Assembly: GCA_965116535.1 (NCBI GenBank)
Contig: OZ220703.1
Span: 2,385,464-2,449,463, forward strand
Reading direction: 5' to 3'
Origin: Acidimicrobiales bacterium
Lineage (GTDB): Bacteria > Actinomycetota > Acidimicrobiia > Acidimicrobiales > Bin134
Length of the DNA: 64,000 nucleotides
Below the pieces are notes generated by a model. That model was given only the letters and a program-made list of their open reading frames with translations. It had not been told where the DNA came from and made no database searches. A program made the position numbers and the translations under genes. Of the stretch, positions 10,432 through 20,439 are shown one piece after another (position 1 is the stretch's first letter; the number at the start of each line of letters is the position of its first letter).

Positions 10432-10929
10432 ATGCTGGTTATGGGAATCGACCCCGGCCTGTCGCGCTGCGGCTACGGCGTAGTCCGCCAAAAGGGCCGC
10501 GTCACCGAGGCGGTGGCCGCCGGAATCATCCGCACAAACAAGGATGATCCTGTTCCCCAACGGCTGTATGAGCTCCACGCTGAGCTGGTGGATCTGCTCA
10601 ACGACTACCACCCCGATGCGGTGGCCATCGAGCAAGTGCTGTTCCAGGTGAACGTCCGCACCGCCATGGGGGTGGGCCAGGCCAGCGGAGTGGCCATGGC
10701 CGCGGGTGTGGGAGCGGGGGCCGAGGTCTTCGAGTACTCGCCCACCCAGATCAAAAAGGCGATCACCGGCTGGGGCGGCGCCGACAAAGAGCAGATAGGC
10801 CAGATGGTGCAGACCTTGTTGGGCCTGCCGGAGCTTCTGAAGCCGGCCGACGCCGCCGATGCGGTGGCCGTGGCGCTCTGCCACCTGGCCCACGCTCCTG
10901 CCCGGTCTCACGTCCAGGCCTCAGCGTGA
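10432..10929 (+). CDS. ruvC: crossover junction endodeoxyribonuclease RuvC
   Basis: The C-terminal 165 aa of the track ORF 9931..10929 reads MLVMGIDPGLSRCGYGVV..., the RuvC catalytic N-terminus. The upstream extension is antisense to queA. An alternative ATG lies at 10441. Confidence 0.85.
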   Translation: MLVMGIDPGLSRCGYGVVRQKGRVTEAVAAGIIRTNKDDPVPQRLYELHAELVDLLNDYHPDAVAIEQVLFQVNVRTAMGVGQASGVAMAAGVGAGAEVFEYSPTQIKKAITGWGGADKEQIGQMVQTLLGLPELLKPADAADAVAVALCHLAHAPARSHVQASA

Positions 10930-11525
10930 TCGGGCTGCTGCGAGGCACGCTGGCCCTGCGGGATGGGGATGAGGTCATGGTGGAGACCGCCGGAGTCGGC
11001 TATCGGGTCACCGTTTCCCCCGACACCGCCGCTGGTTTGGGCGAGCCGGGACGAGAGGCGGTTCTGCACATCCACCATCACATCCGCGAAGACGCGCAGA
11101 CTCTCTACGGCTTTCCCAGCCACGAGGAGCGGCGCATCTTCGAGGGCCTCATTTCGGCTCACGGAGTGGGTCCGGCGCTGGCTATGGCCATTCTCTCGGT
11201 ACACAGCCCTGTTGAATTGGCCGGGATTTTGGCCAGCGACGACATAGATGCCTTGTGCCTCGTCCCCGGCGTGGGCAAGAAGACTGCCGCCCGGCTGCTG
11301 GTGGAGCTCAAGGCCCGGCTCGATATCGGCGACGTGACCACTGCGGTTGCATCCGGCGAACCGGTTGACGGACCAGCCGATGCCCGAAGCGAAGTTCGCC
11401 AGGCTCTGGCCGAACTCGGCTACGGCGTCGACGAGGTGAGAGACGCAATCTCGTCGCTCCCCGCCGGCGAAGACGCCGCCGACCTGCTCAAGACCGCCCT
11501 CCGGCGACTGGCCACCCGGACATGA
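10926..11525 (+). CDS. ruvA: Holliday junction branch migration complex subunit RuvA
   Basis: 199 aa reading MIGLLRGTL...GVGYRV...[12 protein letters not shown]. It overlaps both ruvC and ruvB by 4 bp. Confidence 0.9.
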   Translation: MIGLLRGTLALRDGDEVMVETAGVGYRVTVSPDTAAGLGEPGREAVLHIHHHIREDAQTLYGFPSHEERRIFEGLISAHGVGPALAMAILSVHSPVELAGILASDDIDALCLVPGVGKKTAARLLVELKARLDIGDVTTAVASGEPVDGPADARSEVRQALAELGYGVDEVRDAISSLPAGEDAADLLKTALRRLATRT

Positions 11526-12556
11526 GCGAGCGATTGGAACTGCTCAAAGGGACCCCGGATCCCGAGGAGGCGGTGGCCGAAGCCGGGTTGAGGCCCACCC
11601 GGCTCGATGAGTTTGTCGGGCAAGGAGAGTTGAAGGAGCACCTCCACATCATCTTGAGCGCGGCCCGGGCCCGATCGCAGCCCGCCGACCATCTGCTTTT
11701 TGCTGGTCCCCCCGGTTTGGGCAAGACCACGCTGGCCCACATCGTGGCCAATGAAATGGAAGCCGGGTTGCACATCACCTCGGGCCCCGCGCTGGAGCGG
11801 GCCGGTGATCTGGCCGCCATTCTCACCAAGCTGGAAGACGGCGACGTGCTGTTCATCGACGAGATCCACCGGTTGCCCCGCATGGTCGAGGAGGTGATGT
11901 ACCCGGCCATGGAGGATTTCAACATCGACATCGTGCTGGGCAAGGGGCCGGCAGCCCGATCGATCCGCTTGGAGCTGTCCCGGTTCACCCTGGTGGGGGC
12001 CACCACCCGCACCGGGCTCATCACTGGGCCGCTTCGCGACCGGTTCGGCCTGGTGTCGCGGCTCGACTACTACGCCACCGCCGATTTGGAGGCGATCGTG
12101 GTTCGAGCCGCGGCCATACTCGGCATCCAGATCGACCCACAGGGCGCGGCCGAGATCGCCTGTCGGGCCCGTGGCACCCCCCGCATTGCCAACCGGCTGC
12201 TGCGCCGGGTGCGCGACTATGCCGAGGTGAGGGCCGATGGTGCCATCGACCAGGCCACTGCGGCCGCGGGGCTTAACCTGTTCAGTGTCGACCAGGCCGG
12301 GCTAGACAAAATCGACCGGGCCATCCTGTCGGCTCTGTGCGAGCGATTCGGCGGTGGCCCGGTGGGGCTGTCCACCCTGGCCATCAGCGTCAGCGAGCCG
12401 GCCGAGACGGTGGAAGACGTATACGAGCCGTTCCTCATCCAACAGGGCCTGCTGATGCGCACCCCCCGGGGCCGAGTGGCCACCCCCACCGCCTGGCAGC
12501 ATTTGGGTCTAGCACCGCCCCCCAGCGCCTCAGATCAATCCAACCTTTTTGACTGA
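11522..12556 (+). CDS. ruvB: Holliday junction DNA helicase RuvB
   Basis: 344 aa with Walker [12 protein letters not shown], and LFIDEIHRL. Confidence 0.95.
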   Translation: MSERLELLKGTPDPEEAVAEAGLRPTRLDEFVGQGELKEHLHIILSAARARSQPADHLLFAGPPGLGKTTLAHIVANEMEAGLHITSGPALERAGDLAAILTKLEDGDVLFIDEIHRLPRMVEEVMYPAMEDFNIDIVLGKGPAARSIRLELSRFTLVGATTRTGLITGPLRDRFGLVSRLDYYATADLEAIVVRAAAILGIQIDPQGAAEIACRARGTPRIANRLLRRVRDYAEVRADGAIDQATAAAGLNLFSVDQAGLDKIDRAILSALCERFGGGPVGLSTLAISVSEPAETVEDVYEPFLIQQGLLMRTPRGRVATPTAWQHLGLAPPPSASDQSNLFD

Positions 12557-12574
12557 GGACTCCAGTCCCGAGCC

Positions 12575-13324
12575 TCAGCTGGCGGCGGCTTGGAGGATTT
12601 CGTCGGGGATGTCGAAGTTGGCGTAGACGTCTTGGACGTCGTCGTGGTCGTCGAGGGCGTCGATGAGGCGGAGCACGGCCCGGGCGGATTCGGCGCTGTC
12701 CACGCCCACTACCGAGGTGGGCAGCATGGTGGAGGCCGCCGACACGAAGGCAATCTCCACCTCAGCCAAGGCATCGCGCATGGCCGTTAGGTGGGAGGGA
12801 TCGCAGGTGAGCCGCCAGGTGTCCCCCTCGTCGGCCAAGTCCTCGCCGCCGGCGTCGAGGGCGGCCAGCATCAGCTCGTCCTCGTCTACCGAGCGGTCGA
12901 GGATCACCACCCCTTTGCGCTCAAATTGCCAGGCCACCGCGCCGGGCTCGGCCAGCGATCCCCCGTTGCGGGTGAACAGCGTACGCACCTCCGAGCTGGT
13001 GCGGTTGCGGTTGTCGGTGAGCGTCTCCACATACAGGGCCACGCCGCCGGGGGCATAGCCCTCATAGAACACCGACTCGTAGGAGACCCCTTCCAGCTCG
13101 CCGGTGCCCCGTTTGATGGCCCGCTCGATGGTGTCGAGCGGCACCGAGTTGTCCCTGGCCTTCTGGTACATGGTGCGAAGGGTGGGGTTGGCGTCGATGT
13201 CGCCGCCGCCCTCGCGAGCGGCCACCTCCACCTGGCGGATGAGCTTGGCAAACAGCTTGCCCCTCCGCTTGTCGGCCGCCCCTTTGCGGTGCTTGATGGT
13301 GGCCCACTTCGAGTGTCCCGACAT
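12575..13324 (-). CDS. yebC: YebC/PmpR (TACO1) family transcriptional regulator
   Basis: 249 aa starting MSGHSKWATIKHRKGAADKRRGKLFAKL. Confidence 0.9.
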   Translation of the reverse strand: MSGHSKWATIKHRKGAADKRRGKLFAKLIRQVEVAAREGGGDIDANPTLRTMYQKARDNSVPLDTIERAIKRGTGELEGVSYESVFYEGYAPGGVALYVETLTDNRNRTSSEVRTLFTRNGGSLAEPGAVAWQFERKGVVILDRSVDEDELMLAALDAGGEDLADEGDTWRLTCDPSHLTAMRDALAEVEIAFVSAASTMLPTSVVGVDSAESARAVLRLIDALDDHDDVQDVYANFDIPDEILQAAAS

Positions 13325-13336
13325 GGCTGCTCTCCC

Positions 13337-13903
13337 CTACTCCTGTTCCAAAAACCAGCGGTGGATGCGGTCGTCGTCGGCCAGCTCAGGGTGGAACGAC
13401 GACACCGCCGCCGAGCCTTGGCGGCACAGCACCGGCACTCCGTCCAATTCGGCCAGAACCTCCACGCCCGCCCCCGCCGATTCGACCACCGGTGCTCGGA
13501 TGAACACACCGGGGAACGCCGATTCCCAATCCTCGACATCGACCGACGCGCTGAACGACTCCGATTGGCGGCCATAGCCGTTGCGGCGCACCGACACGTC
13601 CACGGCCCCGAAGCAGCGCTGGCCGGGATAGCCGTCGACAACCTCGGAGGCCAAAAGGATGAGCCCGGCACAGGTTCCCAGCACCGGCAGGCCGCGGGCC
13701 AGGCGGTCGGCCAGCGGGTCGGCGAGGCCGTTGGCGTCGAGCAGCTTGGAGATGGCGGTGGACTCTCCGCCGGGAATCACCAAGCGGTCGATTTCGGCCA
13801 GTTCCTCAGCGGTGCGAACTTGAACCGCGGCCACACCAAGCCGGTTCAAGACCTGCTCATGCAGCCCGAATGCCCCCTGAAGAGCCAGAACCCCGACCTT
13901 CAT
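13337..13903 (-). CDS. pdxT: pyridoxal 5'-phosphate synthase glutaminase subunit PdxT
   Basis: 188 aa reading MKVGVLALQGAF...PGGESTA...GTCAG..., a class I glutamine amidotransferase. Confidence 0.9.
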   Translation of the reverse strand: MKVGVLALQGAFGLHEQVLNRLGVAAVQVRTAEELAEIDRLVIPGGESTAISKLLDANGLADPLADRLARGLPVLGTCAGLILLASEVVDGYPGQRCFGAVDVSVRRNGYGRQSESFSASVDVEDWESAFPGVFIRAPVVESAGAGVEVLAELDGVPVLCRQGSAAVSSFHPELADDDRIHRWFLEQE

Positions 13904-14008
13904 TTGCGGGTTCCCCGTCGCTTAGGGGCCGACAACCCCTCCCCGACCTTCACCCGGGGGCTCCGGGTCTCGGGGTGACGCCTCGATCTGCTGCACGATC
14001 AGCCGCTG

Positions 14009-14908
14009 CTACCAGCCGCGGTCGGCCAGCCGGGTTTCCAGGCCGTCGATCTCCAAGCCGGGCATGGGCTCGCCCAAGCCGCGGCTGACTTTGGCCAGGA
14101 TGTGGGCATCGCGATAGTTGGTGGCCGCCTCCACGATGGCTTTGGCCCGTGGTGCCGGGTCGGACGACTTGAAGATGCCCGAGCCCACGAACACGGCCTC
14201 GGCGCCGAGCTGCATGACCAGCCCGGCATCGGCGGGGGTCGAGATGCCACCGGCGCAGAACATCGGCACCGGCAGCCAGCCGGTCTCGGCCACCTCCCGA
14301 ACCAGAGGCAGCGGGGCCCGGAGCTGCTTGGCCCAGTCGAACAGCTCGGCCGAATCGGCCTGGGTGATCTTGCGGATGTCGCCGATGATCGAGCGGAGAT
14401 GGCGGACGGCCTCAACAATGTTGCCGGTGCCGGCCTCGCCCTTGGAGCGGATCATGCACGCGCCCTCTGAGATGCGCCTCAGCGCCTCGCCCAAATTGGT
14501 GGCCCCGCACACGAACGGCACGGTGAACGCCCACTTGTCGATGTGGTGGGCCTCATCGGCGGGGGTCAGCACCTCGCTCTCGTCGATGTAGTCCACATCC
14601 AGGGCTTCCAGGATCTGGGCCTCCACGAAGTGGCCGATCCGGGCCTTGGCCATGACCGGGATGGTCACCGCCTCCTGGATGCCGGTGATCATCTCGGGAT
14701 CGCTCATGCGGGACACCCCGCCGTCGCGGCGGATGTCGGCGGGAACCCGTTCCAATGCCATAACCGCCACCGCCCCGGCGTCTTCGGCGATCTTGGCCTG
14801 CTCGGGGGTGACCACGTCCATGATCACGCCGCCCTTGAGCATTTCGGCCAGCCCTCGCTTGACCAATGTGGTCCCGGTTTCGCGGCCTGACATCGACTCA
14901 GCGGTCAT
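14009..14908 (-). CDS. pdxS: pyridoxal 5'-phosphate synthase lyase subunit PdxS
   Basis: 299 aa with [35 protein letters not shown]... Confidence 0.95.
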   Translation of the reverse strand: MTAESMSGRETGTTLVKRGLAEMLKGGVIMDVVTPEQAKIAEDAGAVAVMALERVPADIRRDGGVSRMSDPEMITGIQEAVTIPVMAKARIGHFVEAQILEALDVDYIDESEVLTPADEAHHIDKWAFTVPFVCGATNLGEALRRISEGACMIRSKGEAGTGNIVEAVRHLRSIIGDIRKITQADSAELFDWAKQLRAPLPLVREVAETGWLPVPMFCAGGISTPADAGLVMQLGAEAVFVGSGIFKSSDPAPRAKAIVEAATNYRDAHILAKVSRGLGEPMPGLEIDGLETRLADRGW

Positions 14909-14957
14909 GGTTGCAGTCTATGACTTCGAGCATCGAAACCGCGATGTCAGTTATTGG

Positions 14958-16286
14958 CTAGCGATTCTTGAGCAGGTGCTCGGCGTAATCCTCCACCATC
15001 ACCAACACATCTCCACCCGGCAGGGCGATGAAGGTTTGACCGGGGGTGAGCCGAACCGGGTTGCCGTCGGCGCCGGTCACCTGCCATGGCTGGCCGGCCG
15101 ACGCTCTGGTCCACTGGCCTCGGATCAGATGACCGTTTGTGAATACCAGGGCAACGCCGCCGTTGGCGTCAACGGTGATGGCCTCCGGACTCCGGGGATC
15201 AGATGCGCTGCCGGTATAGCGGGTTTGGAGCACTACCACGTTGGCCGGCGCCACCTGAGCGGGGTCGATGTCGGGGTCGGGGGTGCCGTCGGGACGGCGG
15301 GGCAAGTCCACATGGGGGGTTCCGTCTTGCCAGCGGGCCCAACCGGCCAGCTCGTCGTCCCACACAAACTGAGCCAGCAGGCCGAGGCCGCCGCTGCCGC
15401 TCAGGTAGCGGATCTCCACGCCGGGCACCGGCTGAGCGTCGGCGGGGAGGCTCTCGCCTGCTTGGCGGTACTCGAACAGCGGCTCGGGCGCTTCCAGTCG
15501 GCTGGGAGCAGCATTCCAGATGGCAGTGCTGGTGGTGTACAGGTTCCAGGGCGGCACCCGATCCCTAACCCGCCAGTAGTCGTCGGGCAGGTTGTCCCAG
15601 CGCAGCTCATAGAGCTTGCCGTCGGCCTGGCCCTGGGAAATCTCCCGGAGCACGCCCGGATTGGCGCCGGAGTGGCCGAATATCGGCTGGCCGAAATTGG
15701 CCAGGATGTTGGGGTCGGAGCTGCGGGCCGACCGGACCGGGCCCAGCGGATCGGCCTTCTGGCTGTGGTAGATGGCGATCAAGCGGGTGATCCCCTCCAC
15801 CCGGGCCTCGATGAGCATGTCGGCCTCGTTGATGCCAGTCTGCGGACGGCCCACGCTGCTGGTGCCGATCTTCACCGCCAGGGCGGGCCGATTCATGATG
15901 GAGGGATCGTCGAGCGGTTCTCCGGTGAGCGGCTCGGTGGGGACCGGTGGAGAGGTGGGGGTGGCCGGAGCGGGATCGGGGGCCCCGTCGCCTTCTGGTG
16001 CCGGAGACGCCGGAGCATCGGGGTCGGGACTGGCCGATTCGGTGCCGTCGGGCTCAGGGTCGGACGGCGTGGCAGTGGCCCCGTCTGGGGTTTCCGACGC
16101 CCCGTCTCCAGTGGGTGCGCCGGTGGCCTCAGAGACCGGCGCGGAGGTGCCTGTTCCCGCGGCCCCGGAGTCGGGTTCACCCTCGTTTGAGCCGCCGCAA
16201 GCTGCGGCTACCAGCACCGCGGCCAGCAGCACAACGGCCGTTCTCGCGCGCCAAGATGCGCGCCAACCAGCGGACATGGTTCCCAT
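14958..16286 (-). CDS. DUF3048-type secreted lipoprotein
   Basis: It has a signal peptide and lipobox (VLLAAVLVAAACGG), a P/E/D/T-rich linker, then RPQTGINEADMLIEARVEGITRLIAIYHS, typical of DUF3048. The start at 16286 forms a TGATG junction with the upstream gene. An alternative start is at 16277, and the track ORF runs to 16373. Confidence 0.7.
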   Translation of the reverse strand: MGTMSAGWRASWRARTAVVLLAAVLVAAACGGSNEGEPDSGAAGTGTSAPVSEATGAPTGDGASETPDGATATPSDPEPDGTESASPDPDAPASPAPEGDGAPDPAPATPTSPPVPTEPLTGEPLDDPSIMNRPALAVKIGTSSVGRPQTGINEADMLIEARVEGITRLIAIYHSQKADPLGPVRSARSSDPNILANFGQPIFGHSGANPGVLREISQGQADGKLYELRWDNLPDDYWRVRDRVPPWNLYTTSTAIWNAAPSRLEAPEPLFEYRQAGESLPADAQPVPGVEIRYLSGSGGLGLLAQFVWDDELAGWARWQDGTPHVDLPRRPDGTPDPDIDPAQVAPANVVVLQTRYTGSASDPRSPEAITVDANGGVALVFTNGHLIRGQWTRASAGQPWQVTGADGNPVRLTPGQTFIALPGGDVLVMVEDYAEHLLKNR

Positions 16287-17041
16287 CAGAGTTCGTTCAG
16301 CGCAGCGATGCGGGTTTCCAGCCGGGGATGGCGGGAAGCGTCGGCGATACCCCAATCGGGCTCGTCGATCCACATGTGCAACGCAGCCACTGTGGCCGAT
16401 GGTACTTCAGCGGTTTGGCCCGAAAGTGTCATCAGCGCAGACAGCAGGCCGGGTGGATACCGGGTGAGCGAGACCGCTTCGAAGTCGGCTCTCAGACTCC
16501 GACCAGCCGGCAGCACCCGGCCCATCACCCGGCTGCGCAGCCAGCCGACTGCCCCCAGCGGCCAGGCCAAAAGGACTCCGGCCAGCGTCTCGAAGGCGGC
16601 ATCGCCCCGGCGGATGCGGCACAGGTGATGGGCCAGCAATCCTTCCAGCTCGATGCGCTCGAGCTGCTCGACCGCGCCGACAGTGACCACGATGGCGGCA
16701 CGAGCGGGGGTGCGGGCCACGGCCAGGGCATTGATGGTGTCTGATTGGATGATCCGCAGCTCGGGAGTGGGAATGCCGTGGTTCACGCACAGGCCCTCTA
16801 CCACATTGGCGAGGTTCTCCCCGGAGGCGCCGTGGGGGGTTCGGCTGCCGGTAAGGCGCAGCAGCAACCGCCAGGCGGTCAGGCGCGCCCCGACAAGGGC
16901 GACTGCGCCCGCGACAACGGCGATGATGACAGCAGCAAGCCAGTACACGCCGACCAGCACGAGAACAATCAGAACTATCGCCCCGACCACCGAGCCCAGA
17001 ATGCCGACAGCAGCTGCGGATCGACTTCGGCTTGAACTCAC
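16286..17041 (-). CDS. membrane-anchored M48/HtpX-like protein with degenerate zinc motif
   Basis: 251 aa with an N-terminal TM pair. The layout is M48-like (NALAV...VTVGAVEQLERIELEGLLAHHLCRIRRGD), but HExxH is replaced by HHLCR. Confidence 0.55.
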   Translation of the reverse strand: MSSSRSRSAAAVGILGSVVGAIVLIVLVLVGVYWLAAVIIAVVAGAVALVGARLTAWRLLLRLTGSRTPHGASGENLANVVEGLCVNHGIPTPELRIIQSDTINALAVARTPARAAIVVTVGAVEQLERIELEGLLAHHLCRIRRGDAAFETLAGVLLAWPLGAVGWLRSRVMGRVLPAGRSLRADFEAVSLTRYPPGLLSALMTLSGQTAEVPSATVAALHMWIDEPDWGIADASRHPRLETRIAALNEL

Positions 17042-18168
17042 TCGGCCTCCCCGCGTTGGCCGCTCTCTTGTTGTTGAGGCTTCGGGGGGCGGACCCGGCG
17101 GCGGGCGGCCAAGTCGGCATAGATCTCGACGTAGCGGCTGGCCAGCTTGTCCATGGAGAACTGCTGGGCCCGTTCCAACCCTGATTCCACCAGAGTGTTC
17201 GCCGTGTCGGTATCGAAGAGCACTCGCTTGAGGGCCGCGGCCAGTGCGGCGGCGTCACCGGGCTCCGAGAGCAGCGCGTCTTGTGAGGGACGGGCCACGA
17301 TGGCGTAGGCGTCCAGATCGGAGGCCACGATCGGAGTTCGAGCCGCCATGGCTTCCAGCAGCACCACTCCGAACGACTCGCCGAACAGAGACGGGGCACA
17401 GAACACGTCGGCGCCCAGCAAGCGGGCCTGCTTCTCGGCGTCGGAGATCCGGCCCAGCCACTCCACACGGAGGTCGTTGCCGGCCTGCGCCTTCAGAGCA
17501 TCGGTTTCGGGGCCGTCGCCTCCCACCCACAGCCGAACTTCGCCGGGCAGGTATTGGAGGGCGTCGAGGAGTATGCCCAATCCCTTGCGGGGCTCGTGGC
17601 GGCCCACGAAGAAGATGGTGGGATTAGACGCAATTATCGGCTCGGCTGAGGGGGCATCCAGCTCGACCCCGTTGAAGACCAGCTCGTAGCGGCCGCCGAG
17701 TTGATCCTCGGCCAGGCGACGGGCGTCCTCGGACACCGCGCAGCGATGGTCTAAGCGATTGGCCACCGCCTGCACAATCGGGCGCAGAAACTGGTACGCG
17801 GTGCTGTGGCCAGCCCGGTGAAACGTGCCCAAAAGCGGTGCCGACTTCATCACTGCGGCCGTGTTGGTGGGGCCGGGGGCGATCGGCTCGTGGAGGTGGA
17901 GCACGTCGAAGTGCTCGTCGCGCAGCACCCGGATGGTGCGAAGCTGGGCCGGAGGGTCGGGGGCCAGGGGGGCAATGGAGCCGTTGGCCGCCGTGGGGAG
18001 GCTGTTGCCCAGCGGCGTGACCGACTCGTCGGGCGGAGGGCCGTCGCACGGGGCCAGCACCCGGGCTTCCACCCCCATGCGGCGCAGCGAGCGGGCCAGC
18101 CCCATCACCTGTCCCTGGACGCCTCCAGGGATGGTGAGGGAGTAAGGGCAAACGAGCCCGACCCTCAT
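17038..18168 (-). CDS. pimA: GT4 glycosyltransferase, phosphatidylinositol mannosyltransferase-like
   Basis: 376 aa with a GT-B fold pattern (ESFGVVLLEAMA). It is in synteny with the acyltransferase and pgsA, as in mycobacteria. Confidence 0.8.
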   Translation of the reverse strand: MRVGLVCPYSLTIPGGVQGQVMGLARSLRRMGVEARVLAPCDGPPPDESVTPLGNSLPTAANGSIAPLAPDPPAQLRTIRVLRDEHFDVLHLHEPIAPGPTNTAAVMKSAPLLGTFHRAGHSTAYQFLRPIVQAVANRLDHRCAVSEDARRLAEDQLGGRYELVFNGVELDAPSAEPIIASNPTIFFVGRHEPRKGLGILLDALQYLPGEVRLWVGGDGPETDALKAQAGNDLRVEWLGRISDAEKQARLLGADVFCAPSLFGESFGVVLLEAMAARTPIVASDLDAYAIVARPSQDALLSEPGDAAALAAALKRVLFDTDTANTLVESGLERAQQFSMDKLASRYVEIYADLAARRRVRPPKPQQQESGQRGEAE

Positions 18169-19181
18169 CCGGGCACTCTTTGTTTGCTGGAATCTTGGAG
18201 GGATTCATCGCTGCCGGGACGGCTTTTGCCCCTTCGCTGCTGGCGGAAACTCTCTAGGGCTGCTTCATCGCTTGGCCAGTTGGGCTGCATGAGGTGCCAC
18301 TGCTCGGGAGCGGAGCGGATCAGGTTCTCCAAGGCCAGGGCCAGATCCTGGGTGACCCGGGTGACATCGGCTCGCAAACGGCCCTGCCGCTCGGCGGGAA
18401 TTGGAGGCAGCACGACACCTCGATGGTTGGGCCCGTCTTGGTAGACCGCGGTGGGCAGAATGGCGGCCCCAGTTCGCAGGGCGAGGGTGGCCGGGCCGCC
18501 GGGCAGCAGCGTGCGCTCGCCGAAGAACTCCACCTCTACTCCCCCGCGGCCAACCTGTCTGTCGGCGAGCAGGCATACCACCTGCCCAGACCGCAGCGAC
18601 TTGATGAGCACCGAGACTGCGTCGGGACCCAGAGCCACAATGTCGATGCCGATGCGGCGGCGTTCCTCCACCATCCAATCGAACAGACGAGCCGGTTTGA
18701 GCGGCTCGACCACGGAGATCACCGGGTAGCCGGGGATGCGGGCCATCCATGTCCCCGCCCATTCCCAGCCCCCGAGGTGGGGTAGGGCCAGTATCGGGGC
18801 GGTGCCGGTGTCGATGGCCTCTTGGATGTGGTGAAACCCCTGGTGGCTGAATCCGGCTGCGACCTCGGCATCGTCCAGATCGCCGAGGCGGGCGCCGTCG
18901 AACCAGTACCGGGCGTACGACTCGAAGGAGGCTTGCACGGCCTGGGCCAGCGCCTCGCCCTGCAACTCGGGGCCGCACACCCTCTGGAGGCGGCGCTCGG
19001 TGATGAAGCGGCGCTCAGGCAGCAGCCGGTAGGCGCTGCGGCTGATAGCCCGGGTGAGGGCGGCTCCCACCGGTTGCGGCAGCCGGCGGGCCAAGGCCGC
19101 GCCGCTGCGGTACAGCACCACGTCGGCCGATAGCCGGCGGGTTCGATGTATCGGTGCAGCCGCCTCGGCAGTGTCGGTCAT
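18165..19181 (-). CDS. lysophospholipid/PIM acyltransferase (HtrB/LpxL family)
   Basis: 338 aa with an LpxL-like layout. It overlaps pimA by 4 bp and sits in the mycobacterial PatA position. Confidence 0.7.
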   Translation of the reverse strand: MTDTAEAAAPIHRTRRLSADVVLYRSGAALARRLPQPVGAALTRAISRSAYRLLPERRFITERRLQRVCGPELQGEALAQAVQASFESYARYWFDGARLGDLDDAEVAAGFSHQGFHHIQEAIDTGTAPILALPHLGGWEWAGTWMARIPGYPVISVVEPLKPARLFDWMVEERRRIGIDIVALGPDAVSVLIKSLRSGQVVCLLADRQVGRGGVEVEFFGERTLLPGGPATLALRTGAAILPTAVYQDGPNHRGVVLPPIPAERQGRLRADVTRVTQDLALALENLIRSAPEQWHLMQPNWPSDEAALESFRQQRRGKSRPGSDESLQDSSKQRVPG

Positions 19182-19253
19182 ACGTCGTTGTCCGTCATTT
19201 GGAGGATTCAGTCATACGGCGTAGTCCATCATTCGGCATTGCCAGTCATACGG
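19177..19253. repeat. three copies of GTCATACG(G) at an exact 34-bp period
   Basis: Copies start at 19177, 19211 and 19245. The first contains the acyltransferase ATG and the third contains the pgsA TGA. Confidence 0.8.
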
Positions 19254-19839
19254 AGTGAATGGAGTCGGCCTGGCGCCAGACCTTGGCAAACCGATAGACG
19301 GCGGTGGCCGCAGTGAGTACCAGCATGGCCCACAGTATGGGAATCATCACGAAGCTGAATGCCAATCCTGCGCCGAGAACGAAGAACCGCTCAGCCCGCT
19401 CCATGAGGCCGCCCTTGGCGTCGAGCCCCAGCGACTCGGCCTTGGCCCGCTGATAGGAGACCAGCGAGGTCACCGCCATGAGCGCCAGCGGCAGCATGAA
19501 GATGCGACCGGGCTCAGTGGACCCCAAATACCAGGCGAAGCCCGCTATCAGAAGGGCGTCGCAGGCCCGGTCGCTGACCGAGTCGAAGAAAGCGCCCCGG
19601 ACCGAGCTGGAACCCGCCGCCTTGGCGATGGGCCCGTCGAGGGCGTCGGCCAGACCGGTGAGGATCAAAAAGACCAGGCCGAGGATGAGCTCGCCCCGGC
19701 CGATAACCACCGCGGCCACGGTGGCCATGGCTATGCCGAACGCGGTAACCACATCGGCGCTCACGCCCAACCGGCAGAGGACGGCACCGATGGGATCCAG
19801 CCCACGATTGACCGCCGAGCGCCAATTGCCGTCGAACAT
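19246..19839 (-). CDS. pgsA: CDP-alcohol phosphatidyltransferase (phosphatidylinositol phosphate synthase-like)
   Basis: 197 aa with the motif DALDGPIAKAAGSSSVRGAFFDSVSDRACD. Confidence 0.85.
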   Translation of the reverse strand: MFDGNWRSAVNRGLDPIGAVLCRLGVSADVVTAFGIAMATVAAVVIGRGELILGLVFLILTGLADALDGPIAKAAGSSSVRGAFFDSVSDRACDALLIAGFAWYLGSTEPGRIFMLPLALMAVTSLVSYQRAKAESLGLDAKGGLMERAERFFVLGAGLAFSFVMIPILWAMLVLTAATAVYRFAKVWRQADSIHSV

Positions 19840-19858
19840 GTGGTTTTAACTCTACTTG

Positions 19859-20353
19859 TCAGATGTTTCCGAGGTCAGCCCAGTCTTCGGGATTGGGCTG
19901 CACGAGCTGGTCGATCACCTCGCCGGTGATGCCGTCCACGAACACCAGTCCCCGCTGGTCGGGCTGGGGCTCGTTGGAGTAGAGCAGGATGCGCCAGGTG
20001 GGTCGGCTGAACCAGCCCCGCCACCCCATTTGGGCCGATGCATGGCCCACGGGAAAGCCCACCGCGCCCACGGCGATCACCAACGCGTCCGACTCGTCGA
20101 TCTTCAGCTCTTTCCCGCACACGAACCCGTATGCGGCAAAGACGGCCAAGGCGATGGCCGCGCCCAAGAGCCCCCCGTTGACCAGAGGGCTGTTGGAGGC
20201 AACCGCCCAGACCACGGTGCAAACCACCGCAGCCGACAAGTAGATGATGGCCGGAATCCGGCGGCGGCTGTTGTTGGGGAACAGGTAGGGACCGACGTAC
20301 TCGCTGACGTTCAGCTCTTGTGGCAGCTCGTCGGTGATCTCGGCGTCGGACAT
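19859..20353 (-). CDS. hypothetical two-TM membrane protein
   Basis: ATG at 20353 (MSDAEITDELPQEL...). The longer track ORF, to 20560, runs through the tRNA-like element and is rejected. Confidence 0.5.
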   Translation of the reverse strand: MSDAEITDELPQELNVSEYVGPYLFPNNSRRRIPAIIYLSAAVVCTVVWAVASNSPLVNGGLLGAAIALAVFAAYGFVCGKELKIDESDALVIAVGAVGFPVGHASAQMGWRGWFSRPTWRILLYSNEPQPDQRGLVFVDGITGEVIDQLVQPNPEDWADLGNI

Positions 20354-20439
20354 CGCCTCGCTCTCGGGAATGCTGGTTTCGGCGTCGGACACCCTCGGCA
20401 AACTAGGTGGTGCAATGCATCGGGGCAACATAGGATGAA

